From Octopus sinensis (taxonomy: Eukaryota), in the NCBI RefSeq assembly GCF_006345805.1, contig NC_043002.1, forward strand, positions 61,194,001 through 61,258,000: a stretch of 64,000 nt of DNA. The letters run 5' to 3'. The position numbers and the translations under genes were made by a program. Positions 52,705 to 64,000 of this stretch are shown here, one piece after another. Under the pieces are notes generated by a model, which was not told where the DNA came from, did not search any database, and worked only from the letters and a program-made list of their open reading frames with translations. Position 1 is the stretch's first letter. Each line of letters opens with the position of its first letter.

Positions 52705-53161
52705 AACAGCAAATATTCTGCTCAGTACCACAGATTTGCTTGTCAGTTGTTTGACCGTAACCAGTTGAGCATGTCCCTTAGTGGCTGACGATATGTGCAT
52801 CTCTGATCACGAGTAGAAGTAGTGGGGGAGCATCGTAGCCATGTGTTGAGATGGATTCTTTGGGGTTTGACTGATTCACCTCTGGAAGCATGGGTGTTTC
52901 ATTCAACATCCTTAAAAAACCCTTAATCAGGGGCCATTTGAGTGGGATGGGTTACCCAACCAAAATAAAATTCTAACTGGGCTCCACCCGCAAGGTCATG
53001 CGCTGTTTATCTTGTCATGAGATCACCATGTCACGCAGATTTGGTTGTGATGCATGTGCTAGGTGTACCCTTATCAGACGGGCAGTCATGATGTGTATAT
53101 TGGGCTTCGTATATTTTACCACAGTGTCACTTTGATGGCATGCACTGCTCTCTCACTCAAT

Positions 53162-53219
<58 letters not shown>

Positions 53220-53260
53220 TAATAATAATAATACTAATAATAATAATTATAATTATAATA
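52705..53260 (+). mobile_element. Second family B segment plus (TAA)n
   Basis: Diverged direct repeat of 51160-51612. Confidence 0.8.
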
Positions 53261-53261
53261 A

Positions 53262-54003
53262 AAGTGATTTAAAACCGGAAACGGAGGTTGTAATATGTGC
53301 TACCTAAGAACAAGCACTAAGAACAAACTACATAAAATACAGAATAGACAACACACCAGAAAGTGTTAAGTGCAGAATCTATGGACAAAGAGGTAAAACC
53401 ATATGGCATATTACCAGTGAATATACACCACTAACCCAGAAGGAATATAGGAAACGCCACGACAATATAGCCACGCCTGTCCATTATAACAAGTATGGAT
53501 TTGACAGCGAAAAATTGGTACGACAACTAACCTGAAGGCTTCGTCGAACATAGAAATGCAAAGAACCTATGAGATTTTAAGATTCAGTGCGACAATGAGA
53601 TAGATAATTGGAAGCCAGACGATATGTGGCTTAATTGAGAAAGATAATATACTATGCTGGATCATAGATATAGCATGCCCAGCTGACAACAGGGTATGCG
53701 ATAATGAAGAAAATTTGAGCGATATGACAAGTTAGCTTGGGACGTTAACCAGTTGTGGTCGATGAAAAAGGTAGCAGTAGTACCAATAATTGTCGGAGCC
53801 CTGAGAAGAGTGATAAAAAATCTCGAGAAGTACGTGGAACTAACAGGGAACTAACAGTACTGCTTGGAACCGCTCGAATACTTCGGAATGTGCTGGAAAA
53901 ATAAGAGGTGTTACCTTAGTTTGCTGATAGTGAACAGCTGATAGTCTAGTACATCTCCAGCATTAGAAGCTGTGTAAAAGCAATGATAATAATAATGATA
54001 ATA
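53262..54003 (+). mobile_element. Degenerate Dong/R4-like element, different subfamily
   Basis: LKPETEVVICAT*EQALRTNYIKYRID..KCRIYG..IWHITSE..KRHDNIA..IIDIACPAD..PIIVGAL..LLGTARILR; AAT/GAT tail. Confidence 0.82.
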
Positions 54004-54213
54004 AAACCATCCAGAGAAATATAAAGGAAATTAGAATAGACTGGACCAGTTACAAAAGATTTGCCTCCTCAGCACTGCCAGAATAATCGGGAAAGTATTA
54101 GATAGATGCAAAGAAGGCATAACATATTACCCTAGGCTGCAGGTATTAAGTCCGAAACTCATGAAAGACTCGAGGATTTTCAACAAAACCCGTGATAAAG
54201 GGAAATATTTATA

Positions 54214-54250
<37 letters not shown>

Positions 54251-54320
54251 GGATAATGATGATGATGATGATGAGGAGGAGGAGGAAGAGGAGGAGGATG
54301 ATGATGATGATGATGACAAC
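54004..54320 (+). mobile_element. Short Dong/R4-like 3' end followed by (GAT)n
   Basis: LQKICLLSTARIIGKVLD, then ~100-nt UTR and (ATG)n from 54212. Confidence 0.6.
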
Positions 54321-54959
54321 AACAACAACACGCTCGCCACACGGACAAAGCGCTGGACTACAACCGAGTAAGTAATACTAATTAAAAGTGTTGGACTATA
54401 TCAAAGTAAGTCCTTATTGATTGATATCTGATTAAGTACACATCACAAACACGAAAGTAGGTATACTAATTAACTTCGTTCGCATCCCAGTTTTACATGA
54501 ATACGTTTTAATATTTCGAAATAACATTAAGTAACTTATTAACAATTGCACACATACGAAAAATTAACTTGAATAAAAACAAGTTATTATTGATCAAAAA
54601 CATTAAACAACTATGTATATATATATATATATATATGTGCATGTGTGTGTATATTAGCTTTTTGCTTATTTCTTTGTCTCGTTTCAATACATTTATTTGC
54701 TTATACGCTAGCAGATAAGACTCGTAGCCTAGTGCTAATAAGAGAGTGTTAATGGCAATTAGCCAAATCCCATGTCGGATTAGAGTAAATATTAATAATG
54801 GCAACAGTAAAATATGAAAATAATAGCAGTGATGATAATAGTATTAATGAAAGCAAGTGGTTCGAATCTCTACATGTCCTGATAGATGATACATCTATGA
54901 TGGCATCAATAAAAACACTGTTAATTGCACAATCTGATAATCGCTACCTCATATGAGTG

Positions 54960-56830
54960 ACAATGAAAAAACAAATTATTGTGAATAACGGTGGTAATGA
55001 AACGGAAGGCTTTGACGGTAACAGTGTTGCACCCTGTAGGCTCACACATACTGGCCCGTTTCCAGCAATGGACCAGCCCATATGCGTAGATGGAATAAAC
55101 AAGTCGCTGCTGTGGTCATAGAATATTACTATCTATGCAACCCTGTAGATGAAAATGGTGGACATATTTGGGTATACCGACAACGTATGTATGATCAATG
55201 CAGAGAAAGGGGATTGTTTCAACTTATGTGATCAAGCTAGAGCAATAAGAAAAAAATCGTTGGTTCACAGAAGTAGAGCTCGAAGCTATAGAATGACGAG
55301 CATTGGAGTATAGCAGTTGGGGAAACGATTAAAATACCGTTCTTACAGATAAAAGTAATCCCATAACAGAAAACAGAAGGGAAATCTCTCATAAACACAG
55401 TAAAGTAAGAATGATAGCTTTCTCGATTAGTGACATATAGGTAGTTTGGAAGAGGACAATAAAATTAATGGTAACATGGCAGATGGGCAAAAGGCAATCT
55501 ACGACAGAATAAAGGTTAGATTAAAGGAGAACGATAGCGATATTATTTGCACCTTAAAAAGTTTGATCGGTGGAAATTGAACCAAGAAACGAAAAGTGTG
55601 AATGAAATTCTGAAATCCTAAAAAAAAGCACCACAGAAACCAACAATTTAATCAAAGCAGCAAGTATTGTTGTAGCAGAAAAGGCAGGTTTGATGTCAAG
55701 GAAAAGAAGTATAATGAGAGTGACTAAAGAAAAGATAAATGGCGGAAAAGAAGAATGCAGGTGGGGTTAGATATGCTCTTGAAGGACTTCTCTGTGTTAG
55801 ATCGAAAAGAGAAGGGGAGATTAAAAGCGAACAACAATACAGGGCACTGAACAGGAAGTATGATATTGAAAGAAAGGACCTGAAAGTGGTAATGGAAGAA
55901 ATGAAACAGCGCCTCGTTGCAAAGAAAGCAATGATGGTAAGAGACGACAAAATAATGAAGGGATACGAGCAGAATAGTTTATTCAGACTAAATCAGAATA
56001 GATTCTACAAAGGAATATATGGAGAGTGTATAGATCAAAAGTTGATACCAGATAACATTGAAAGTCAAAGGTTTTGGAGTGATATTGGAGCAAAGATAAG
56101 GAGTACAAGACGGATGCTGAAAGGTTGCAAGAATAAAGATAAACAGTAGTCTGTCCGAAATAGGCAGTTAGGGAAGTGAAGGAAATCAACCATAAAATGG
56201 AGAACTGGAAGCCCTCGGGACCAGATGGAGTTCAAGGCAACTGGATCAAAAGAATATCATGCACGAATAGCAGTACAACTCAACACCTTGTTACATGCCG
56301 ACCAACTAACAACAGAGTCGTTGACAATGGGTAGGACAGTGTTATTCTTGAAAAACATCGAAAAAGACAATACGGTAGACAATTACAGGCCGATATTCTT
56401 GCTACATTTGTGGAAATTATTGACTGGAATATTTGCAGAGTCAATGTACGGACATCTGGAAAACAATGGAGTGCTGCCACAGGAGCAGAAGTAGTGCAAG
56501 CGTAAATGCAGAGGTACAAAGAATCAACTCCTGATAGGCAAAACTGTACTCAGAGGCTGCAAGAGGAAGAAAAGTAACTCAGCCATGACATGGATCGATT
56601 ATCGTCAGGCATACGGTATAATCCAAAATTCTTGGATTATAATATATTTGGTATAGCATTGAATTTTGTGCGATTGTTTGGAAAAATTATGGCAAATTGG
56701 AGGACGGAATTGACAGCATATAGAAGTTTCGGCATATTGAGAAAGTTTCAGCAAAGGGATCTTCCAAGGGGACTGTTTGTCCCCATTGATCTTTGTACTG
56801 TGCATGTCACCAAGAACACTTATTCTAAGG
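54960..56830 (+). mobile_element. Degenerate Dong/R4-like element, N-terminal region and RT domain (3'-truncated)
   Basis: CDQARAIRK.., WKPSGPDGVQGNWIK, GRTVLFLK..DNYRPI..LWKLLTGI..LPQEQK, GTKNQLLI, WIDYRQAY, GIFQGDCLSPLIFVLCM; many stops and frameshifts. Confidence 0.85.
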
Positions 56831-57401
56831 AAAAGAAATAAAGATTTTATTGTTTTAAACATAAACAATATGGGTGACACTTTTATTATTTTATTGCTTT
56901 ATGTTACTGAGCAATATTTGAAATTATATCTTGAAATTTCATTTGACTCGATTACTCGACCTGCATTTAAATCCTGTGGAGCTTCTCAAATATAAACCAA
57001 TTTATTTCAACTCCATTTCGTGCTGACTCATATAGTGTAACGCAAGTTGCAATTGCAAGTAAGTTAGATATGAATCCGAGTATAGCTGCACGCTATTCAT
57101 TTCGTACATTACGTCGTCAGAAGGTTTCAAATCATAATCCCTATTATACTCTGAAATCAAACACGTAGTTTACATCAATTTTTGTGACGTTGATATAAGT
57201 AGCATTTGCATATTTTGTCTTTAATCTGAATAATATCAGAGGATTACATGCACTTATCTGATTCCAAGTTTCACCAGATGTATGACTTCAATTGTAATAC
57301 GAATCAATTGATTCTGCGAGATTATATTATGGATTGGAATCATGTCAAATCCATTATATTTTCTCTTCTCAATTTATGAACCTGAAACCATCTTTCTATC
57401 T

Positions 57402-57436
<35 letters not shown>

Positions 57437-57441
57437 TATAT

Positions 57442-57542
<101 letters not shown>

Positions 57543-57543
57543 A

Positions 57544-57589
<46 letters not shown>

Positions 57590-57617
57590 TAATCTATCTA
57601 TCTATCTATCTAATCTA

Positions 57618-57677
<60 letters not shown>

Positions 57678-57680
<3 letters not shown>

Positions 57681-57953
57681 AGGCGCAATGGCCAGTGGTT
57701 AGGGCAGCGGACTCGCGGTCGTAGGATCGCGGTATTGAACGAAAACACCTTAAAGATCCACGAGGCTCCGGCAGTGGCTGGTGATCCCTGCTGTACTCTT
57801 TCATCACTCTTTCTCACACTCTTCTGTTGGCCTGCTCGCTTAGCCAGCGGGGTGGCGTCATTCAAAGGCTAAAACAATGCAAACGCATTGTGACCACCGA
57901 TGTGTAGCAACACCTGATGGACTGGTCGGTCACGTGATCACGTGATCACGTGA
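57678..57953 (+). mobile_element. tRNA-derived SINE with (TCACGTGA)3 tail, inserted in (TA)n
   Basis: GGAGGCGCAATGGCCAGTGGTTAGGGCAGCGGACTCGCGGTC head; 3' part shared with 15689-15802. Confidence 0.75.
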
Positions 57954-57973
57954 TATATATATATATATATATA

Positions 57974-58043
<70 letters not shown>

Positions 58044-58529
58044 GTGTGTGTGTGTGTTTTTAGATAGATGGGTAGATATATAGTCAGATAAATAGATAGA
58101 TATATACAAAGATAGTTAGGTAGGTAGATATTGATGCATGTCCATATTAATCAACAATACTGCATATTTTTCGCTCAGCATACACTAATTATCGCCTACA
58201 TAATTTGATGGTAGTGTATCTCCCATCGTTCTTTTTTATTTAGTCTAACGTATTATATAACTTTACATCATTTTTACGTATATTACGCAAAAATGGACTT
58301 TTTGGAATATATACGTTATTGGTGCTACTAATGTCAACATCGTATTTCCCATCCTCATGAGAATCCTTCTCACCTCCTCCTCATCCTGCTCATCATCATC
58401 ATCACACTCATCTTCTAGATATATATAGAGTAATCGGCGGATAAATAGATAAACAACAAGCGAACTGAGTCAAGCAATTATACGTATGTTGGAATGTGTG
58501 TGTGTGTGTGTGTGTCTGTGTGTGTGTGT

Positions 58530-58571
<42 letters not shown>

Positions 58572-59186
58572 TCATATAAACAGAAGTTAACAGAGATCGA
58601 GGAAACCTATAAATATCTCATTTGAAATATCATGTAAAACATTAGTTACCTTATGATGTATAGCAATGTAAATGTGGACTTACCAAAACATAGTCGTTTG
58701 AAATTTTCAGGAAACGATCAGCTTGTAAAAATACAACAAACGAAGTTGAAAGAATGATGAATCAGATGCAAACATGCATCAAAAAATACGAGGCCCGATT
58801 TATTAAATGTTTATTTGCTTCCATTACCGGCTACATATTTTGGTGAATTGCATCTACCAACGTCATGATGGATTTCCGAGGCGCGAGAAACAGTTGTCTG
58901 ACTTGTAATAACTTACCTCAGTATTTCTGATCTTGTCAGTCGTTTGTACTCAACGTAATTTTGGTCTATTAATATATAAATATCTATACAGTTACATTTA
59001 AAATATTCATCGTCTGAACATCTTCACTCGTTGTTAATCATCTGTTTTCATGTACACTTGTGTGTATATATATTTTGTATATAAAAACCAAGTTATTATA
59101 TATAAGTTGTTTATCTGCATAAACGTCGCTACATCTGCTCGCCTGGATTCCTCTTACATCCACTTTTTACCTTGCGGTTTTGGCAT

Positions 59187-59271
<85 letters not shown>

Positions 59272-59295
59272 TATATATACATACACACACACATT

Positions 59296-59342
<47 letters not shown>

Positions 59343-59598
59343 TATATATACATACGCACACACACATTTATATATATATATATATATGCATATATATACA
59401 TACACACACACATTTACATATATATATATATCAGTGTGGCTCTTCTCAAATTTTAGTACTAAGTCTTCAAGAGCTAAACGTTGTCTAAAAAGAGGATTTT
59501 ATTAAAAATTAAGTTACACTTGACTGGTTTATATCTATCTCGTTTAGTTTTGATAGACTAGTAGTTTCAGTGAATATTGAAATCTTTGATTCCCTCTC

Positions 59599-59652
<54 letters not shown>

Positions 59653-60154
59653 ATACATATGTGGAAAATCTGTGTGTCCTTGTTTGTGGCGTTGTTATCT
59701 AACTTCCCCTACATCGTGTAATCGAATTTGATGAAACTTGACACGTGATTAGAACTCATGTCTGGAACACTACACGTTTAGATAGTTGAAAAATTAGATA
59801 ATAGGGCCCCGGGAAGGGATTCTTATATCTACTACGTATAACTAACATATTATTTTTAAACATTCAAGGGAAGTAAACCATTCGCTCCTGAAAGGGATCC
59901 TTATATATAGCCAAGGGAAATAACCAATCCATATACGTAAATTATTTCGCATAAATCAAATTGAGTATGCTTATTTCTTAGTATTTGAACAATTTGAGTT
60001 ATTTTGGCTTAACCAAGTAAATAGTATTTTACTAAACAATAGATCCACTTTTTTCGGTTAGTGACTTATTCTCGCTCATTTCCATGGCTTTTGCTTTAAC
60101 TTCCTACGGCTGCTTTATGTTCATTTTACCTGCATTATCTTCCTTTTCTTTCTT

Positions 60155-60327
60155 TTATTTGTTTCGGTTATTTGACTGCGGCCATGCTGGAGCATCACCG
60201 TTAGTCGAGAAAATCTAGTACTTATTCTATTTGTCTCTCTTGCCGAAACGCTAACTGACGGGATGTAAACACACCAGCATCAGTTGTCAAACGATTCTGA
60301 GGGAAAAAACACAGACACACAAACATA

Positions 60328-60404
<77 letters not shown>

Positions 60405-60555
60405 GACGGGCTTCTTTCAGTTTCTGTTTACCAAATCCACTCGCAAGGCTTTGGTCCACCCGAGGTTATAGTAGAAGACACTTCCCCAAGGTGCCAAGTA
60501 GTGGGACTGAAGCCAGAATCATGCGGTTAGTAAGCAAGCTACTTACCACACAGCC
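60155..60555 (-). mobile_element. Near-complete SINE of the 2590-3000 family
   Basis: TTTGACTGCGGCCATGCTGGAGCA tail, internal (CA)n(TA)n, and GTAAGCAAGCTACTTACCACACAGCC head on the plus text. Confidence 0.85.
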
Positions 60556-60649
60556 AATCCAATCCCAAACTATCATCTTTATGGTTTATTTCTAAATATT
60601 TTTTTAGTTGGTATCACTTGTTTTGGGAGAAACTATATCCATCCAACAT

Positions 60650-61230
60650 GTTGGTTACAAATTTTGGCAGAAATCATGCAATTTCGAGGGATGGAATAAG
60701 TCAATTACGTCAAACCAAGTGCTCAGCTGGTCCTTGTTTTATGGACCCCGAACTAACTGAAAGCAAAGCCAACCTCGGTGGAGTCTGGACTCAGAATGTA
60801 AAAATGGACGTAATGGCGCGAGGCATTTTAACTGGAGAGCTAGCAATTCTGCCGAACCGCCGCCTGATATCCATTTACCATTAATATTAAAAAATATCTA
60901 AGCCGGCGAGCTGGCAGAATCGTGAGCACGCCGGGCGAAATGCTTAGCGGCATTTCGTCTGTCTTTACGGTCTGAGTTCAAATTCTGCCGAGGTCGACTT
61001 TGCCTCTCACACTTTCGCGGATCGATAAATTAAGTACGAGTTGAGGACTGGGGATGATGTAATCGACTGGCCCCCTCCTCCAAATTTCAAGCATTGTGCC
61101 TAGAGTAGAAAAATAGTTCAAATGCAGCCGATGTTAACTTTGCCTTTCATCCTTTCATGGGGTCGGTGTTATCGACTTACCCATATTCCTAAATTACTGG
61201 CCTCTTGCTAAACTTTGAAACCAATATTTC
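60650..61230. mobile_element. Head-to-head Nin-like SINE copies
   Basis: Diverged minus copy at 60650-60865; well-preserved plus copy from 60903 (GGCGAGCTGGCAGAATCG..GAGTTCAAATT..GAGGTCGACTTTGCC). Confidence 0.8.
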
Positions 61231-61440
61231 AATGTATTCTCAGAGCCAATTACCTAACAAGTTTACAGTACTGGTACTGCTGAAATAGACTTAATAATTA
61301 TATTTTTAACTATAGAAATATTTGTTTAAACGAAGGAAACATAAAGAAATTAGCTGAATATTAAGCTGAAATCTCGAATAACTAAATTTGATATGACGAA
61401 AAATATCCATCCACTAATATTTTACGAGTAGTAAATTATA

Positions 61441-61686
61441 TTGGGTTAGTGCATAATCTTTGTGGCTTTTTTCAACAAACGTTATTCAACAAAAACAATA
61501 ACAACTTGTAACAAAAACACCTTTAAATGATTATTCCAGAGCATATTCACCATCTACTTCAATTCCCATTTGTTTGGCAGAAGGCCAGATCCTCCTTTAA
61601 ATGTGTTTTTGTTAAATATTGTTATTGTTTGTGTTGAATAAAATTTCTTGAAAAAAAAGAGCCGCAATAATTATGCACCAATCCAA
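61441..61686. mobile_element. Mariner-derived MITE with long (~90 bp) imperfect TIRs
   Basis: TA-TTGGGTTAGTGCATAAT ... ATTATGCACCAATCCAA-TA; inner TTATTCAACA.AAACAATAACAA pairs with TTGTTATTGTTT.TGTTGAATAA. Confidence 0.8.
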
Positions 61687-61779
61687 TATTAAAACTGCGA
61701 AAAACATTTACGGACCATGAATTTCTTAGACAGCAAGTCCAATAAATGATGTAAAATAAGATTGTGATGATTTATATTA

Positions 61780-62580
61780 TATAGAGAAATATTCTATCAG
61801 ACTATAGTCCCGATAGAAAAATGCACGAAAAGGAAACCCGTTGTTAATCAGATTCAAAATATTTAATACCGTATAGATGTCGAAATATATGCAAAATCCT
61901 TCCCGCGACATTAAAGCAAAAACATAGTTGTTTTATTTTTCCGTTTCGAGATGTTGCGTTGATTTTGTTGTCTGAAGTTTAGTTTTTCCCTAGCTTATGA
62001 ACCAAGGAAACCGAATTAGCTATTAAAATCCCCCATGGTATGAATGAATAAATAGGGACGAAAGACAAAAGTTATGTTATATTATTTGGCTGTAGTGAAA
62101 TTAATAAGTTTGTTATGGAGGCAGAAATAAGGCGATTGAACATAACAGAGTATGGTTTGTGTGTTTTAAAAAAAATATGGCGGCGAAAATGAAGCGTAAA
62201 TTGTTTACAGACATTCCAGGGAAATAACTACGAATAGCCATAAGAAATATATGTCAAGTGTGAAAGCAATTCTGTTAAAAATCGCATATTGAAACAACGT
62301 TCTGAATCCGCATTTTGAAAATAAATGAATAACTTAGATATCTCATCCAGCTTAGACAGACTATGATCAAATACACACATCCCAAGCAACTGAGATAGGG
62401 AGCAACCATTTTGGTCTGACGCGTTTCTCTCCTTTAAAGTCATTTCAATAACAGCAAAACCACTGAAATTTCCAAATCTCAATAAAGTTATGAAAATATA
62501 ACGTATAACGAAATATTTTAGTACTGTTTGTGGAATTGGTTATCCAGATTCTGTTTGGTATTGAGGAATTATTTATACCG
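61780..62580 (-). pseudogene. Heavily decayed GPCR pseudogene (fifth array member)
   Basis: DNA blocks align in order to the intact gene: GTTGTTAATCAG..TCGAAAT.TATG.AAAAT.CTT (TM7), ATGAATGAATA (TM5), AACATAACAG..GGTTTGT (TM4), ATGTCAAG..GAAAGCAATTCTGTT (TM3), AATAACAGC.AAA..TGAAA.TTCC (TM1). Confidence 0.8.
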
Positions 62581-62724
62581 ATCTAGACGTGTATATAAGA
62601 TAGTAATAATTTTGGTGAACATTCGTAGGCTTAAATTAATTTTGTGAATTTATAAAACGAGTAAAGGATACAATTTCATGTACACATACACCCCAGATCC
62701 ACATGAATATATATATATATATCG

Positions 62725-62990
62725 GACACGGATGTGTGCTGTATTCTTCAGCAAGACACGTTATTTCACGTTGCTACAGTTCACTCAGCTGTAGAAATGG
62801 GTTGCGATATCACATGTCACAGATAAGCTGTGCTTAGCGGCCTTCACATTTATCGTGGATAAAATCGGTGGAGTGGACGGGGAGGCAGATATGCACACGC
62901 AGCTGCTAGTCTTCCATAAATAACCTTACCTGGCGGGAGGGAACTTACTAGGTACAATGGCATGGTCAGGAATGACTGAAGGGGGAACTT
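62725..62990 (+). mobile_element. 5'-truncated diverged copy of the SINE at 387-711
   Basis: AGCAAGACAC.TTATTTCACGTTGCT.CAGTT.ACTCAGCTGT..GTCTTCCATAAA is shared. Confidence 0.75.
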
Positions 62991-63080
62991 TACCGAAGGG
63001 GGAATTTTACGCCCCACTCTCTGTCTCTCTCTCTGTCTCTGTCTCTCTCTGTCTCTCTCTCTGTCTCTCTCTCTCTCTCT

Positions 63081-63127
<47 letters not shown>

Positions 63128-63131
<4 letters not shown>

Positions 63132-64000
63132 TGAGAAAGTTGGTGTGTGAAAGCACGTGGTTGAATATATAGAAAATAGTAAAAAGTGAAAAGACTACAG
63201 AATGCTTGTTTTAAAAGGTTAAAAAATATATATTTGAGTCATTATGTCTGAAGAATGTTATAAATTTTTTTCATACAATGACGTAGTTTTTGAAGAAATG
63301 ACCGGTTTTGCGTTCAGCTTTTCAAATTTCTTACATCGTTATGTTTACGTTGAGAGGTGTGAAAAATAGTTCCAGATAAGGGGAGGTAATAAGTGATTTC
63401 TTCCGGTGTAAAGGAGATAATCGCTTAATATTTCTTGCTTTTTTGGGTGAGTGAGTTTCTCTGTATAAGAATGTTGGAATGGTTGAGTTTGGGCTTGTAT
63501 TTTTCAATGAAGAATGTTTCCTTGTTTAGTCTAATTTGTGTAGGTGTTCCGATAGCACATTGGTAAAATGGAAAGATTAAGAATTGTGGTAGTAGTTGCT
63601 TTGCGCATTTCTCAATATGCTCACTAAAGGGTATCATTCTGTATTCTGGGAATGCAATCTGTTGTCGATGCAGTGTGCATCTACGTCTGAGTGATAGTCA
63701 CGTGGACCCACGTAGTTTTGGTGGCAGCCCGAGCATTTTATGACATAAATTATGTTTTCAGAAGCACAAGTAAAATTAGATTTGATCGGAACACCAACAC
63801 AAATTAGACTAAACAAGGAAACATTCTTCATTGAAAAATACAAGCCCAAACTCAACCATTCCAACATTCTTATACAGAGAAACTCACTCCCCCCAAAAGG
63901 CAAGAAATATTAAGCAGTTATCTCCCTTACACCGGAAGAAATCACTTATTACCTCCCCTTATCTGGAACTATTTTTCACACTTCTCAACGTAAACATAAC
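63128..64000 (-). mobile_element. Penelope-like element: GIY-YIG endonuclease 3' end, pLTR, and inverted pLTR copy
   Basis: KSNFTCASENIIYVIKCSGCHQNYVG..(frameshift)..PFSEHIEKC..RLNKETFFIEKYKPKLN. 63786-64000 is the reverse complement of ~63338-63553 and continues beyond the window. Confidence 0.9.
63294..63331 (-). ncRNA. Decayed hammerhead in Penelope pLTR, U3-A8 variant
   Basis: Minus strand reads AGAAAT-TTGAAAA-GC(TGAAC)GC-AAAA-CCGG-TC-ATTTCT. Perfect stem I, palindromic ACCGGT stem III and GUC site; G12 is mutated to A. Confidence 0.55.

Overview
AT-rich, microsatellite-saturated animal genomic DNA with one 100-N gap (10558-10657). The repeat landscape (tRNA-derived CORE/Nin-type SINEs, Dong/R4, RTE, CR1-like LINEs, Penelope-like elements, mariner) points to a coleoid cephalopod, probably Octopus (inference). 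There is one convincing host gene: a single-ORF 310-aa class A GPCR (35548-36480, minus strand) of the FMRFamide-receptor-like/putative chemoreceptor type. It is the only intact member of a same-strand array of five paralogues; pseudogenes lie at about 22.3, 43.5, 46.7 and 61.8 kb. The most unexpected signal is a set of minimal hammerhead-ribozyme motifs in several unrelated non-coding repeats. Two of them sit in terminally redundant, ORF-less, retrozyme-like units of 363 and 547 nt. Two motifs carry the compensatory U3-A8 core variant. One family combines a tRNA-like head with a hammerhead-bearing Penelope-like tail. Also notable are a head-to-tail train of six Dong/R4-type pieces in (TAA)n tracts, a LINE/SINE shared 3' hairpin, an RTE with an inverted 5' half, and several fold-back palindromes. 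Almost all ORFs in the supplied track are microsatellite translations. Repeat boundaries were read by eye and are approximate (roughly +/-10-30 bp unless a TSD or TIR is quoted).
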